A model generated the notes under the pieces. The model saw only the letters and a program-made list of their open reading frames with translations, was not told the DNA's origin and searched no databases. A stretch of DNA of 64,000 nucleotides from assembly GCF_009914755.1 (NCBI RefSeq), contig NC_060939.1, one strand, 5' to 3'. Source of the stretch: the human T2T-CHM13v2.0 reference genome, Homo sapiens. This document shows positions 1 to 16,553 of this stretch, one piece after another. Positions within the stretch are counted from its first letter, which is position 1, and the number at the start of each line of letters is the position of its first letter. A program made the translations under genes and the position numbers.

Positions 1-258
1 CACTTTGGGAGGATGAGGCGAGAGGATTGCTTGAGGCCAGGAGTTTGAGACCAAACTGGGTAACATAGTAAAATGTCACCTCTGCAAAAAAAAAAAAATA
101 GCCAGGCATAGTGGTGTACACCTCTAGTTCCAGCTACTCAGGAGGCTGAAGTGGGAAAGCAGCTTGAGCCTAGGAGTTGGAGGCTGTGTGAGCTATGATC
201 GTGTCACTGCACTCCAGCCTGGGTGACAGAGTGAGACTCTGTCTATAAAAAAATATAT
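1..258 (+). mobile_element. AluJ-like (cut by window start)
   Basis: Both Alu arms, linker and A-tail. Confidence 0.9.
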
Positions 259-506
259 ATTCCAACTAATAAAAGCTAAGAATGTGACTGAAATTAATGC
301 ATTCTAGTTTAAAAAATAAAGAGATTTTAAAGACGGCATCTTAAAGTCAAGTAGTATTATGTCTACGTCCTATAGACCATTACTCTGTTGTAGCACAGAA
401 CAGACCAAATAGTATTCTATTCTTCAGAAGTTTGCACCTCTAGCTTTATAGCATAAACACAGAGTCAACACTGATAAATCCTGAAATACAACCTTGACCT
501 ACTAAC

Positions 507-561
507 CTGGCACCACTCCATTAGTGGCAATGGCACTCATGGAGATAGCAGTCAACATTGT
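507..561 (-). CDS. SLC12A6: SLC12A6 exon 6
   Basis: Acceptor ccttttctctgcag| and donor CAG|GTTAGT. 55 nt encoding TMLTAISMSAIATNGVVP plus 1 nt (SMSAIATNG CCC-family motif). The gene continues beyond position 1. Confidence 0.97.
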
Positions 562-1685
562 CTGCAGAGAAAAGGAAAGGAGAGGATTGTTACTGTGTAA
601 AGATGACATTTCTATACTACTTCTCCATTTGTGTTCCAAGAGCACTTGGCAAACATTTAACTCTACCTACTTTTATGGACAGTCATACCTAATGGTATGG
701 AAATAAGATGATATGGTCCAATTCATTGCGCTAGTCATACCACTAATATCTGGAGGATTCTGTCAAAATGCTCCCACATCAGTAGGTCAGGTGCTATTAA
801 GAACTGCTAATCTCACTCTGGATTTCCTAGTTACACAGGAAATAGAGCATAGTATACTCAAAAGGAAGAACTAGAGAAATAACTCAGAAAATAGGTTAGA
901 ACCTGACTAAAGACTAAATACAATATCAAGAACAATGTTCAGTAAGAAAGGGAATCACTGAAGGCTTCTGAGCACACAGGAACTGCATTTTAAAAATATT
1001 ACCCGGTAGCACAGTATAGAATGTGCTGCAGACAGGAGTAGCTGGAGGCCGAGTGATTGGTTAGCAGGCTACCATAGTAGTTCAGTGAGAGGTAAAAACT
1101 ATAGTGGTGGTAGTGTGAATAAAAAGGGCTGAGTGTAAAAGATTTCAGAGAATAGATTAGCGTTGGTAGCTGATTAGATGTGAAAAGCAATTAAGAAGCC
1201 AAACACAGCCTTGAGGTTTTAAGCCTGAGACTAAAAAAAGGTGGTACCATGAACATTTTAAGTTATTAAAAATATGAACTGTGCCTGCTTAACCTGTTTT
1301 GCTCATCAGCTGGGGATAATATACAGGTAGGGTATAAAGGTCATAGTGATAAAAAAGGACAGTAGAAAACTATAAAATTCATAGGTGTGTCTGGGATACA
1401 TAATGAGAAGTTTAAATTAAAGGAAGATAAAAATGTTCTCAGTAGAGAGAAGACCTGGAAAGAACATCTAAATTTCTAAGGAAGGGATAAGGGAAGAAAC
1501 TTCAAAACCAAATAAAAAAACCAAATACCCCTCACATCTGCAATAACCTGTCTTGTTTCTCAATATATACTGGAGTGATACATCACATTTTCTAACACAT
1601 TTTCTGTCACAACTTTGGTGCTATCAAGCTCAAATAGTTTGGATTCTGAATTCTCTGAAGACAGGAACTTTATCTTCCATTTTCA

Positions 1686-2066
<381 letters not shown>

Positions 2067-2654
2067 CTAGAAAGAAAGACATTGATAAAAAATCACACAG
2101 TTATCCTAAAGAGAGGTTTTTATTCTTTTATGTAATAACTTGCTCCCTAACTACCATATTAACCTCCAAGCAGAAATCATAAGTTTAATCAATATCTTCA
2201 AAAGGGCACATATAAAATCTCCATCTTTCAAGTGTTTATCACCATACTTTTATTATTCCTAAAGCTATATATTTTAACTTTACAAAGAAAGGTTCCTGCA
2301 TGTGTTTATTATACATAGGCATTTGGCCACAAATAAACTTTTATGTGCACCCACAACAATTTAAAATTTTGTTTTTCAAAGCTGTTGGCTTTTTTCATTT
2401 AAAAACAATAAGGACTTGATGGAATTTCTTCAGAATTTGGCATAAATTCTTCACAGTAGTTAGTAAATAAATTAGATGGCAAAATGAAGATCTGAGGGCC
2501 GTTTTATCCCTTTTTGAAAGGGCTGAACAACCAGAATGGTAAACTGAATGTCTTATATTTTCATTTTGAGACAAACTGATGTTTGGTGTTTAAAAAACCC
2601 AACAACTTCACAACAGACAGATGGCATCAGCAGATGGGTATGGACACTCTTCTC

Positions 2655-3226
<572 letters not shown>

Positions 3227-3339
3227 CTATAAAGCCAGTGACATGGAAGAAATGAGCTACAAAGAACACTGAACATAAGTATCAAAATAATCTTGCTACC
3301 AGAAAACTTCAAATTAAATGAAAAAATATTTCACAGGTA

Positions 3340-3638
3340 GGCCGGGTGCAGTGGCTCACACCTGTAATCCCAGCACTTTGGGAGGCCAAGGTGGCTGGAT
3401 CACCTGAGGCTGGGAGTTTGAGACCAGCCTGGCCAAGATGGTGAAACCCCGTCTCTACTAAAAATACAAAAATAAGCTGGGTGTGGTGGCACGTGCCTGT
3501 AATCCCAGCTACACGGGAGGCTGAGGCGGGAGAATCAGCTTGAACCCAGGAGGCAGAAGTTGCAGTGAGCCGAGATCGCGCCACTGCGCTCCAGCCTGGG
3601 CAACAGAGGGAGACTCCATCTCAAAAAAAAAAAAAAAA
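3340..3638 (+). mobile_element. AluS-like
   Basis: Full dimer with A-tail. Confidence 0.92.
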
Positions 3639-3649
3639 TTGGTACATTG

Positions 3650-3930
3650 AGTTGGGCATGGTGGCTCACACCTGCTAACCCAATGCTATGGGAGGGCAAG
3701 GCAGAAGGATCGCTTGAGCCCAGGCACTCAAGACCAGCCTGGGCAACAGAGTGAGACCCTGTCTCTGCAAAAAATTTAAAAATCAGCCAGGTGTGGTGAC
3801 ACATGCCTGTAGTCCCAGCTACTAGGGAGGCTGAGGTAGGAGGGTCCTTTGAGCCCAGGAGGTCAAGCTGTGATCGTGCCACTGCACTCCAGCCTGGGTG
3901 ACAGAGCAAGACCCTGTCTCAAAAACAAAC
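3650..3930 (+). mobile_element. AluJ-like
   Basis: Full dimer; TSD TGGTACATTGA. Confidence 0.9.
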
Positions 3931-4094
3931 TAAAAATGGTACATTGAGAGAAGTGGCACTTGCATCATTGTCAAAGGCCAGAAAAAGGTAGTGCTGAAAT
4001 AAACCAGGCTCCTTTCAACAACCTGGCCACAGCTTATGGAGCCTGGCCACAGAGTCCATGTTGTCTTATTCAGATAAGATATAGAAGTCCTCTT

Positions 4095-4838
<744 letters not shown>

Positions 4839-5156
4839 CTTGTTTAGTTAGTTCTAAGGCAAATGATAGTCTTTCCAGACAAAGGGTGGAGAAATACACT
4901 GATTTATAGTTAGAAGAAAGATTATTCTAATAAAAACAATTAAATCACAGCTGAATTAGATTGCAAGGTAATCTATATGTCCAAGAAGTCAAACTCCTCT
5001 TCCTTACTACATAACAATTTGATTTAATAGTTACTCACTATAATTAGATTACACAGACAAAATTTACTATAATAACAAGTTACAATATTTTCTTTTAACA
5101 TTAAATTATCCAGCTTGTAAAATTTTTAAACCAAATGGGGTAAAATATGGCTATCA

Positions 5157-5390
<234 letters not shown>

Positions 5391-5587
5391 TTAATATAAC
5401 CCATTTTCATATTCAAATTTAATCTTAGAACTCAATCAGCACTGCTTGGAGAATATGGAACAAAATAAAACTCTCCAGCAGGAACAAAAAGAAAACTCTG
5501 AGAAGTAAACATGGGTCATTCCTTTCCTTAACAATAATCAAGACCCCTAGAGACGCTATTCTTTTGGAATTCCAGCCCATGAAGACT

Positions 5588-5880
<293 letters not shown>

Positions 5881-6052
5881 GAGACTCTACTCTTAAAGTC
5901 ACCTAAGTTTAGGAGGAAAAAAAGATATTGAGTATATACTCAGGGTATAATACTGTGTTAGATGTAGTCTCCTTTACACACTATTGCTGCTGATAATGAC
6001 AGTAAAAGCTCTCTGCCTCCACAGCTGTCTGACCTTTTATAAATTATATGAA

Positions 6053-6345
6053 GTTTTGATTTGCATTTCTCTGATGATTTCAGTGATGAGCATTTCACAC
6101 CAGTCAGAATGGCAATTATTAAAAAGTCAAAAATAACAGATGTTGGCAAGGCTGTGGAGAAAAAGAAATGCTTATACACTGCTGGTGGGAATGTAAATTA
6201 GTTCAGTCACTGTGGAAAGCAATTTGGAGATTCCTCAGAGAACTTAGAACTACCATTCCACCCGGCAATCCCATTACTGGGTATATACCCAAAGGAAAAT
6301 AAATCATTCTACCAAAAAGACACATGCACTTGTATGTTCATTACA
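6053..6345 (+). mobile_element. Truncated L1 (L1PB/old L1PA-like) ORF2 3' fragment with short 5' inversion
   Basis: Antisense L1 piece at 6053-6095, followed by sense CACACCAGTCAGAATGGC...TGTATGTTCATT. Confidence 0.85.
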
Positions 6346-6351
6346 TACAAT

Positions 6352-7297
6352 TGAAACCCAACCTTCAAGCCAAAGACAGTTTAAAGCCTAGCTACAAGTC
6401 CTGGATAAATCCATGGACTGAACTGAGAACCTCTCTTCCCGTTTGGCATACTTTCCTCTAATTGATTCTCCACTCTTTACCTATTTTACATATATCTACC
6501 CTTCCCTAATTGGTTTTTTACACTGTGTGCCTTTGTTTTAGCCTTTTTTTGCATACTCACAAACCAATGAGCATACACTCCCCTATTCTGAGCCCATAAA
6601 GGCCCCAGCCCCAGCCCCAATGAGAGAGACCACCCTCGCATGCCCTCTCCACTGAGAATTGTTTCTCATCATTCAATAAAATTATTCTCCGCCCTCCTCA
6701 CCCTTTGATATCAGCACAACCTCATTCTTCTTGGATGTGGAACAAGAACTCAGGACCCACCAAACACAGGTACAAAGAAGGCTGTAATACTGTGGCCCTC
6801 CACGCTCTGCCAGTGGAGGGCAGCTACCCCACGCGACGGGAAGCAGCAGCGGGCGGGAGCAGGGGCGACAGGACAGACAGAGCTGTTAACATGCCGCCAT
6901 CCATGGGGCTGCAGATGGTGGGACTAAAAGAGCTATTAGCACACGGTAACACCCCCTCTGAGGTTTCAGGGTTGCGGACACCCGTCTGGGCGCCACCATG
7001 TTCCCCTCAGTGTGACATGCCTGGTCCAGCAGCAATCCCTACATACAGCCCGCTTCTGTCTCACTGCTTGGAGCAGCCAGCTGGACACTGCACTCGCTCA
7101 CTCCCTCACCCCCTCCCACCAGTGCGCAATTGCCACGGCTGCAGGATCTGCATTGGAGCGCAAGCCAGGCATAGCCCAGCAGGATGAATAGACAGGGCAT
7201 CTCTTCTGGTGAGCTCGGGCCTGAGCAAAGCCTGGGCATGGATGTTGCTGGCTGGAGGTCTCTGGCTGGCAAAGTGGCCAAGAAAAATCCTGTGTCA
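6352..7297 (+). mobile_element. ERV1/MER4-group solo LTR (LTR27/LTR28/MER52-like)
   Basis: CCAAT, CCCATAAA TATA-like box, AATAAA, GC-rich U5 and terminal ...AAAAATCCTGTGTCA. Subfamily uncertain. Confidence 0.75.
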
Positions 7298-7417
7298 CTA
7301 TGCTTCCTACTTGGGTGAAAGGATTACCCATACCCCAATCCTCAGCATCATGCAATATACACATGTAACAAACCTGTACATGTACCCTCTAAATCCAAAA
7401 TAAAAGTTGAAAAAAAA
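7298..7417 (+). mobile_element. 3' end of the same L1 (3'UTR plus tail)
   Basis: CATGTAACAAACCTGTACATGTACCCTCTAAATCCAAAATAAAAGTTGAAAAAAA. Confidence 0.8.
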
Positions 7418-7418
7418 T

Positions 7419-7692
7419 AGGGCAGGCATGGTGGCTCATGCCTGTAATCCTAGAACTTTGGGAGGCCCAGGTGGGAGACTGCTAGAGTCCAGGAGTTCTG
7501 GACCAGCCTGGGCAACATTGAGACCCTGCCTCAACAAAAAAAATTAAAAAATTAGCAGGGCATGGTGGTGCATGCTTATAGTTCTAGCTATTCAGGCAGG
7601 AGGATTCCTTGAGCCCAGGAGTTCAAGACTGCAAGTAAGCTGTGACTGATCCACTGCACTCCAGCCTGGGCAACAGGGTGAGACCCTGTCTC
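7419..7692 (+). mobile_element. AluJ-like
   Basis: Diverged dimer. Confidence 0.88.
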
Positions 7693-8129
7693 GGGGCAGG
7701 TTTGTGGGGGAGTTGAAAAAAGAAAAAAAATTATGTCATTTAACTATTATTTTTGTACAAACCCTTCCACATTTTTTTTTAATGTTAAAAGAGGCATCTG
7801 ACAAAAATTCGGTGAAAGAGCTATGAGGAAAAAAAGGAGACCAGGCCCATAAGACAGCAAACTTTATTTGAGCACTTCCTTAACTTTGTTTCATTATTAT
7901 GCAAAAGTTATATAATTACAGAGTCTGGAAGGAGAGAAGAGAAAAAAAAACATAAATGCTATTAAAAGCCAAGATTTTCAATACTGGGGAAATAAATACC
8001 AATATAAAAATTAAAGAATTAAAAACCCTATAAGCTTAAATGTATAAGGATGGGCTTGAGAAACAGTCAATAAACTATCAAAATTACTGGGTCACATCAA
8101 AGGGCACAGAGCCAAACTGAAGGGGTTCC

Positions 8130-9130
8130 CAATGCCCCAAAATGGAATAATACAAACATTAAAAATAAATAATGTGATGGATTGAAATGCAAATTTATGA
8201 AATACTCAAAATGATATTCTGAAAAAGTCACCTTTGCGGGGTTAAGGAAACAACACATGACTCTGAAAAATGACATTAATAAATAGAAAAAAAAAAATGG
8301 AAAGAAGTAAGCAATCATCTTGCCTTTCTTGTGCCAACTGTATTTCAGGGTAACCAATAATTAAAAGAAAATTTCTTCCTTATAGAAGCATTCCAGCTAA
8401 TTAATGATAGATGGAATGACAGAAAAAAATCACTAATAAAATAACAGATTTAGGCAACGATAATCAATGGTTGTTAAAACCATTAGGTGAAAGGCTGAGG
8501 CAAAACTTTACAATGGATGGATCAGGCTGATCTGGAGCCTGCTTATCAGCTTTAACATCTCTGAAGGTATGACAACACAATCTCCTGTAATACAATGAAA
8601 AATACACTGTACAAGCTATGATGTATTCTTTCCAAAAGAATGGAAGTTGAATCTAATCAAGCCTCGAAATCTAACTATCAGTTCAAGGAAAACACAAAGG
8701 AGGAATATGTTAAACATTAGAAGGATCTAATCACCAAATTCAGAATGTGAGAAATTTTACAAGATGATCTGACTTCTTCAGCAAATAAATGGCATAAACT
8801 TAAAAGGTGAACTTTTATAGATAAAAGAGACTTAAAAGACATATCAACTAATTGCAAATGAACATTGTTAGGATCCTGACTCAACACATCAAAGGTAAAA
8901 AGGCATTTTTGAAACAAAAAATAAGAGAAAATATATCACTCTTTTTTTTAAAAAGGGCAAGTAAAATCATATGATGTCTGGAATTTTCTTTAAAACAGTT
9001 TAGGGAAAAATTAGGTAGGGTCTTCAAAACAGATTTGTAACATTGATGAAGCTGGGTGATGCATTCATAAAAGTTCATTATGCTATTCTACTTTTCTGTA
9101 CCTTTGATATTTTCAGTAACAAAAAGTTAT
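8130..9130 (+). mobile_element. Old L1MC-type 3' region
   Basis: TATAGAAGCATTCCAGCTAAT, AAAAGAGACTTAAAAGACATATCAAC and GAAGCTGGGTGATG motifs. Confidence 0.65.
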
Positions 9131-9196
9131 AAATAGAAAAATGTAATTCTTTTCCTCTTCTTAATGGCTCCAGAAAATTCTAAAGAGTATAGCTTA

Positions 9197-9526
<330 letters not shown>

Positions 9527-9830
9527 TTATTCAACTAATATTTATTAAATTCCTAGGATGTACTGGATACTGTTCTGGGTCCTAGAGATATAGCAGTGGA
9601 CATGGCAGTTAAAGACCCTGCCTTTACTGTGCATATACTGAAGTTACAGAAGACAGAAAGTAAGTAAAAACAACAACAGCAATTAAAAAAAAAAAAACAA
9701 ACAAAAAAGACAAAATAAAAACAAAAAAACCCAAAAAGAATTTCAAGAAGTGGTAAGTTCAAGGAAGAAAATCAAATAGGTACTGGGAGAGACTGTGACT
9801 AGGGAGGGGAATGACGACTTCATGTAAGAT

Positions 9831-10026
9831 CATTGGTGTGCTGATAACAGCCTCTAAAGAATTAAAACAAATCCGACTTACAGTACTTGACAATTTCTGT
9901 GGTATAAATACTCACACATGGCCATTTTCAAACTACTAATGTGAAGACAATGAACCTGGTTTTGGGAAGAGATTTGCATTAACTGGCTCTTGTGAGCTGG
10001 TATAAGCTGGCTGCAGCACACTCCTG
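9831..10026. mobile_element. MER63-like hAT MITE inside an L2 fragment
   Basis: Imperfect TIRs CATTGGTGTGCTG ... CAGCACACTCCTG; internal GTGGTATAAATACTCACACATGGCCATTTTCAA. Confidence 0.75.
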
Positions 10027-10693
10027 GCATAGGATAGTAAGGAAAAGCCTACATTTCAGGCAGAGGGAACACAGCAATTTTAAAAGATCCTAAAGCAGAA
10101 CCAATTCAAGTGAATTCATAAAGCAGAAAGGACAATATAGCTAAAGGACAGTGAGGAAAGGAGAGCATATTTAGAAAGACAGAAAGGAGCCAGACCACGT
10201 AAGTTAGTTAATGGATAGATTTTCCAAAGGAGAGAGTAATGTGAGAGTGTGCTAATAGTTCATTTGGGAAGCAGGGGTAATACAGAAAGCTTTTTTTTTT
10301 TTTTTTTTTTTTAAGAAGAGATTATAAAGAAGCAGAAAAAGTGGGACAAATAATTTAGGATGGCACAATGGTCCAAGCATATCAATAAAACCAGTAATGT
10401 AAATAGACTAAGACAAAGATTGACAGACTGGATTAAACAATAAAATCTAGACATATACTATTTATAAGAGATATAAGGACATACAAAAGCTGAACATTAA
10501 GAAAACATTAAGGAAAGAGATATATCAGGCAAATACTAACCAAAAGAAAGCTGATATAATTTTATTAGTATCAGATAAATTTATGAGAAACATTTTATTA
10601 GGTATTAGAAGGTAACCACATAATAACAAAAGGTTTAATCCACCAAGAAGGCATGACAGTTTTGTTTATACCACATAATAACAAAAGGTTTAA

Positions 10694-11010
<317 letters not shown>

Positions 11011-11697
11011 GCTGGCACAACAATTTTAGACATACATCTATTGTTTAGTTATTATTATTATTTTGCTCAACAAATTACCTCCAAATTTATTGGCATTTTA
11101 AACAACACAGTTTATCATCTATTTGTTTGGGTTGGATTTTTAAAAGTCTGACAATCTGTCTTTTCAACTGCCAAGTTTAGTCCATCAACCTTAGTGATTA
11201 ATATATTTAGACAGGGTTCTAACATCTTTTTATTTGTTTTTTCTCTATGACTCATTCTCATCCTCTATCTCTCCCACTCTTTGGATTTTCTGGTTTGTTT
11301 TTCCTTAATGACATTTTCCCCTCTAGTTTCCATTCTCTATTTCTGTTCTTTCAGCAATTACCCTTGAAATTTTACTATATATCTTAAATTGTTAAATAAG
11401 TTTAAACAATTGCTTGACATCCTCCTGAACAACACGAAGACTTTCTAATACTTCAATTCCAATTTTCTCCTCCTGACTTACCTAATATTGGTGTCCAACG
11501 TTCCCAGTAGTCTCTTTTTAAAAAAAAAAAAAACTCCATAAATAAGATATTAGAGTTGTTTTATTGAGACAACACTGATTTGAGTCGATGTACAAGTTTA
11601 CTAGTTCATTTATTCACTACTCTTTCTTACATTTCAGACTACTAGTCTTCTAGGATCATTTTATTCTTTCTTGAGGTATATTCCTTAGAATTCCTTT

Positions 11698-11848
11698 AGG
11701 TTTCTCAAACTCAGCACTATGGAATTTTGGAGCAAATAATTACTGTGAGGGACTGTCCTGTGCACTGTAGAATATTTAAGAGCATCCCTGGCCTCTACTC
11801 ATTAGATGCCAGTAGCACCTCCAGTAGTGACTGTCAGAGATGTCTCCA
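11698..11848 (+). mobile_element. MER20 (hAT-Charlie) fragment
   Basis: CTGTCCTGTGCACTGTAG...GCATCCCTGGCCTCTACTCATTAGATGCCAGTAGCACC. Confidence 0.85.
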
Positions 11849-11975
11849 GGCTGGGCGCAGCAGCCCTCTCCTGTAATCCCAGCTCTTTGGGAGGCCATGG
11901 CAGGAGGACTGCTTGAGGGCAGGAGTTTGAGACTAGCATGAGCAACATTGTGAGACCTTGTCTCTACAAAATTTT
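11849..11975 (+). mobile_element. FLAM / Alu left monomer
   Basis: Single left arm abutting MER20. Confidence 0.8.
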
Positions 11976-13045
11976 TGTGTACACTTATTTGTGTTTTCTG
12001 GCTTGTAACTTTGTGTTTTGGTACTGAGAATTCTTCTGTCATTCTGTTGTTCCTTTGATGAACTGTCCTTTCTCTCTGGCTGCTTTCAAGATCTTTTCTT
12101 AGATTTTCTGCAGTTTCATTAAGATGTATCTAGGTGTAGTTCTTTTTGTTTACGCTATTTACCTACTACTAAGCTACTGTTTAATTTCTTTTTTATATCT
12201 ATATATATTTTTTCTTTTCTAGAATTTCCATTTATTTTCCTTCTCTTTAAACAGTCTTTTATTCCTGAGGAGTTTGCTCATCTTCCTAACTGCATCCTCT
12301 ACTGATTTAAACATTTAATAGAATTTTGTATCCCAGACTCAGGACCATGTCATTTCTCTTGAGGGTTATGGAAGTAAGAGTTCAACATACTACCTCTCTG
12401 CTATTCAATAACCTTACAATGATGCTGTTACAAAAATCTGGCATGAGACAATCCTGTCCCATTCTGCTACCTGCTGTCCAAGCCACCTCCTAGCAGCTCT
12501 GGCTTGCCTTGTCTTATTATCATCAGACAGTCTGGATCCTGGCTGTTTCTGGCCCACCTTCCATTTGCTTGCTTACTTTTTTTAGAAAGGTAGAAGAATA
12601 TCCCTGGAGATTTTTGTCTACATTTTATGAGACCAATGATGCCTCCAACCAATAATGTCCTACTCATGGTCTACTTGTGGTAGTGTTGTGCAATGGGAGG
12701 CTCCCAAAGAGTTCCTGGTCAATCATGGCTTGTGGACAGTCATGAAAGGTCAAGGCTTTCCAAGGCAAGAAATGAAGCATTCATCAAGTGTGGTTATACC
12801 AAAAGGCATGAAATTAGAAGTGATTATATTGAAAGGCAAGGATTAATTTTTGGCTTGAATATCTTGGTGGGAAACCATGCTGCTTTAGAGTTCAGCCTTC
12901 AAAAGTTTAGGTCACTGTTGTGACCCCAAGAAATACCAGATGGAATGGAACTTCTAGTTTCTGAGTAGCAAATAATCTTTACTCTGCAGGAACTAAGAAC
13001 CAAATCCATATTCCAGGGCTCTTTTAGGATTATTCAGAATCCTAA

Positions 13046-13476
<431 letters not shown>

Positions 13477-13899
13477 TAATGCTGACATTTTTGGGAAACT
13501 TACTGGTGTTTCACTGCATAATTCAAATGAAAACTGATAGGATAATTCTACTAAATATTTCAGATTTCTGTTTTTCATGGCATATTTTTTTTTTGTAAAC
13601 AGAAAAAAGGTATACCAAAGGTCTTACTCTTTATATAAACACTTTACTGTTGTGATGTTATTACTTCTATAATGTTGCATTTGTCAATTACCACTTATAC
13701 TATAATTTGGGCCCTAGATAAATCTCAAGTTACTCCTTTAGCTTCCTGATCTTGTCAAATGGCCTTTGCTAGTCTGAGTTAGGCAAGAGAGCAGTAGGTG
13801 TACCTAATTTCCCTTGGCACAGGTTTGGGTTTGTACTATGTGACTATGTGAATCTGAAAGGTTATCCCAAATGCTACATGTTTTTGATTTTATACTTTG

Positions 13900-14400
13900 T
13901 TTTGCCATTGATGTGTTAAGGAAACCATGTCATTTGTCCTGGAGAGTTTCTGATGGTCTGGGTTTTGATCATGGCATCCATGTGATGCTGTTTAACATGC
14001 TCTTTTTTTTTTTGTAATTCCTATAAATTGGTAGTTGAATCTAAAAGCTTAATCACATTCAGTACTTCTAGGAGGGTAGGGAGGAAAACTACTTCACAGT
14101 GGTATTATGAACTGCCAGGAGGTACATGTCATTGTCATCTGGTTGTCTTTCCTTTTGAGATATTAGCAATTGTTGATGAGTAATGCCTAGCTCCATTAAT
14201 TTATGAGAGGTCACCAAATGGTAATATTCTCATTCTATTATTGTTCCTTCATTTATTAGCTAGAATACCTCTATAAAAAGAGACATTTCCTTTAATCTAC
14301 TATTTGATTACCAAGTGGTTCAGTTAAAAACAGGACGAATAATTCTTTCCCTTTACTGACCAGTTCTCAGAATAATTGGTTCACTAAATACTCCAATGGT
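13900..14400 (-). mobile_element. Old L1MC-type 3' fragment
   Basis: CATTTGTCCTGGAGAGTTTC...TTTATTAGCTAGAATACCTCTATAAA resembles L1MC 3'UTR in reverse. Confidence 0.55.
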
Positions 14401-14417
14401 GACCAGTTAGTTGTGGG

Positions 14418-14679
14418 TTTTGTTTTGTTTTAGAGACAGGGTATCACTCTGTCGCGGAGTACAGTGGCACCATCACAGCTTACTGTAGCCTCCAGAGTAG
14501 CTAGGACTACAGGTGTGTGCCACCATGCCAGGCTAATTATTTTTTGCTTTTTTGTAGAGATGGGTTCTTGCAATGTTGCCCAGTCTGATCTTGAACCCCT
14601 GGCCTCAAGTAATCCTCCTACCTCCCTCCTCAGCCTCCTAAAGTGCTGGGACTACAGGCGTGTGCCATTGTGCCTGGCT
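14418..14679 (-). mobile_element. AluJ-like with internal deletions
   Basis: Dimer with a shortened right arm. Confidence 0.85.
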
Positions 14680-14731
14680 CATTTTTTAAATTATCATTAT
14701 GAACTCATAAACTTAAATACTGGGTTTTTAC

Positions 14732-15417
<686 letters not shown>

Positions 15418-15882
15418 GGTATGTTTCAAATCAAATGCTTTTTCAACCTCTATTAAGATTATTATACAATATTTTTCTTTTAATTTGTTAACATAGTGAA
15501 TTATATAAATTAACTTTCAATATTAAACCAACCATGGATTTCTAGCAGAAACTCAACTTGATGAGGGGATAATTTAAAAAAATATGTTGCCCGATTCAGA
15601 TTGCAAATATTTCGTTCAGGATTGTAGATATGTTCCTAAGTAAGGTTGGCCTATACTTTTTTTTTTTTTTAATCTCATGTTGCCATTCTTAAGTTTTGGT
15701 TATCAAGGTTGCAAAAGCCTCAAAACTGAGGTAGTAGTTACTTGGTTTTCTATTCCTTATGAGAGACTGACTGCAGAAGACTCGAATTATTTTTCCTTGG
15801 ATGCCTGATAAAACTTTTAATAATGCCAGGACCCATGGCTTGTTTGCTTGCTAGCTTTCTAAAAATTTTTTTAAGTGCAAAG

Positions 15883-15884
<2 letters not shown>

Positions 15885-15913
<29 letters not shown>
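15885..15913. repeat. (CA)n microsatellite
   Basis: About 14 uninterrupted AC units. Confidence 0.95.
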
Positions 15914-15917
<4 letters not shown>

Positions 15918-16234
15918 AGTTCATAAATCACAGGTGTACAGCTTGATTATTACAACAGCAGTTTCACCCTCCCGTATATCTCCTCAGCCTGACCCTGAGT
16001 TTTGCAAGAGACCCGATGAGTCAGTGGGAACAGTAGATACATTAAAATAACTGTGCCCTGTTGACAGTAAAAACATTTAGAAGGACTGGAAAGGGCTTTT
16101 ATATATCCAATTCAACAGCAAAGGTCTGAAAGATGTTATTACAAATTCAATTAAGCAGGCAAGGCAATTGAACCAGTTTTTCACCTACCAGGCCAAATTA
16201 TCCTAAACAAGGTTTTTAGGGAGAGCTGGGAAGA

Positions 16235-16553
16235 TTTTCTTTTTTTTTCTTTTTCTTTTTTTGTTTTTGTTTTTTTTGAGACAGAGTCTCACTCTGCCGC
16301 CCAGGCTAGAATGCAGTGGTGCGATCTTGGCTCACTGCAACCTCCACCTCCTGGTTCAAGCGATTCTCCTGCCTCAGCCTCCCAAGTAGCTGGGACTACA
16401 GGCACCCGCCACCATGCCCGGCCAATTTTTTTTAAGTAGACATGGGGTTTCACCATCTTGGCTAGGCTGGTCTCGAACTCCTGACCTTGCGATCCACTTG
16501 CTTTGGCCTCCCAAAGTGCTGGGATTACAGGCGTGGTGAACCACGGCGCCTGG
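16235..16553 (-). mobile_element. AluS-like
   Basis: TSD GGAAGATTTTC. Confidence 0.9.

Noticed and set aside
6705-7403. 160-aa and overlapping ORFs
   Set aside because: They lie within the GC-rich part of a solo LTR and show no recognisable protein similarity.
11476-11484. Strong minus-strand AG|GTAAGT as a recursive splice site
   Set aside because: No polypyrimidine tract directly upstream of the AG; at most a cryptic donor.
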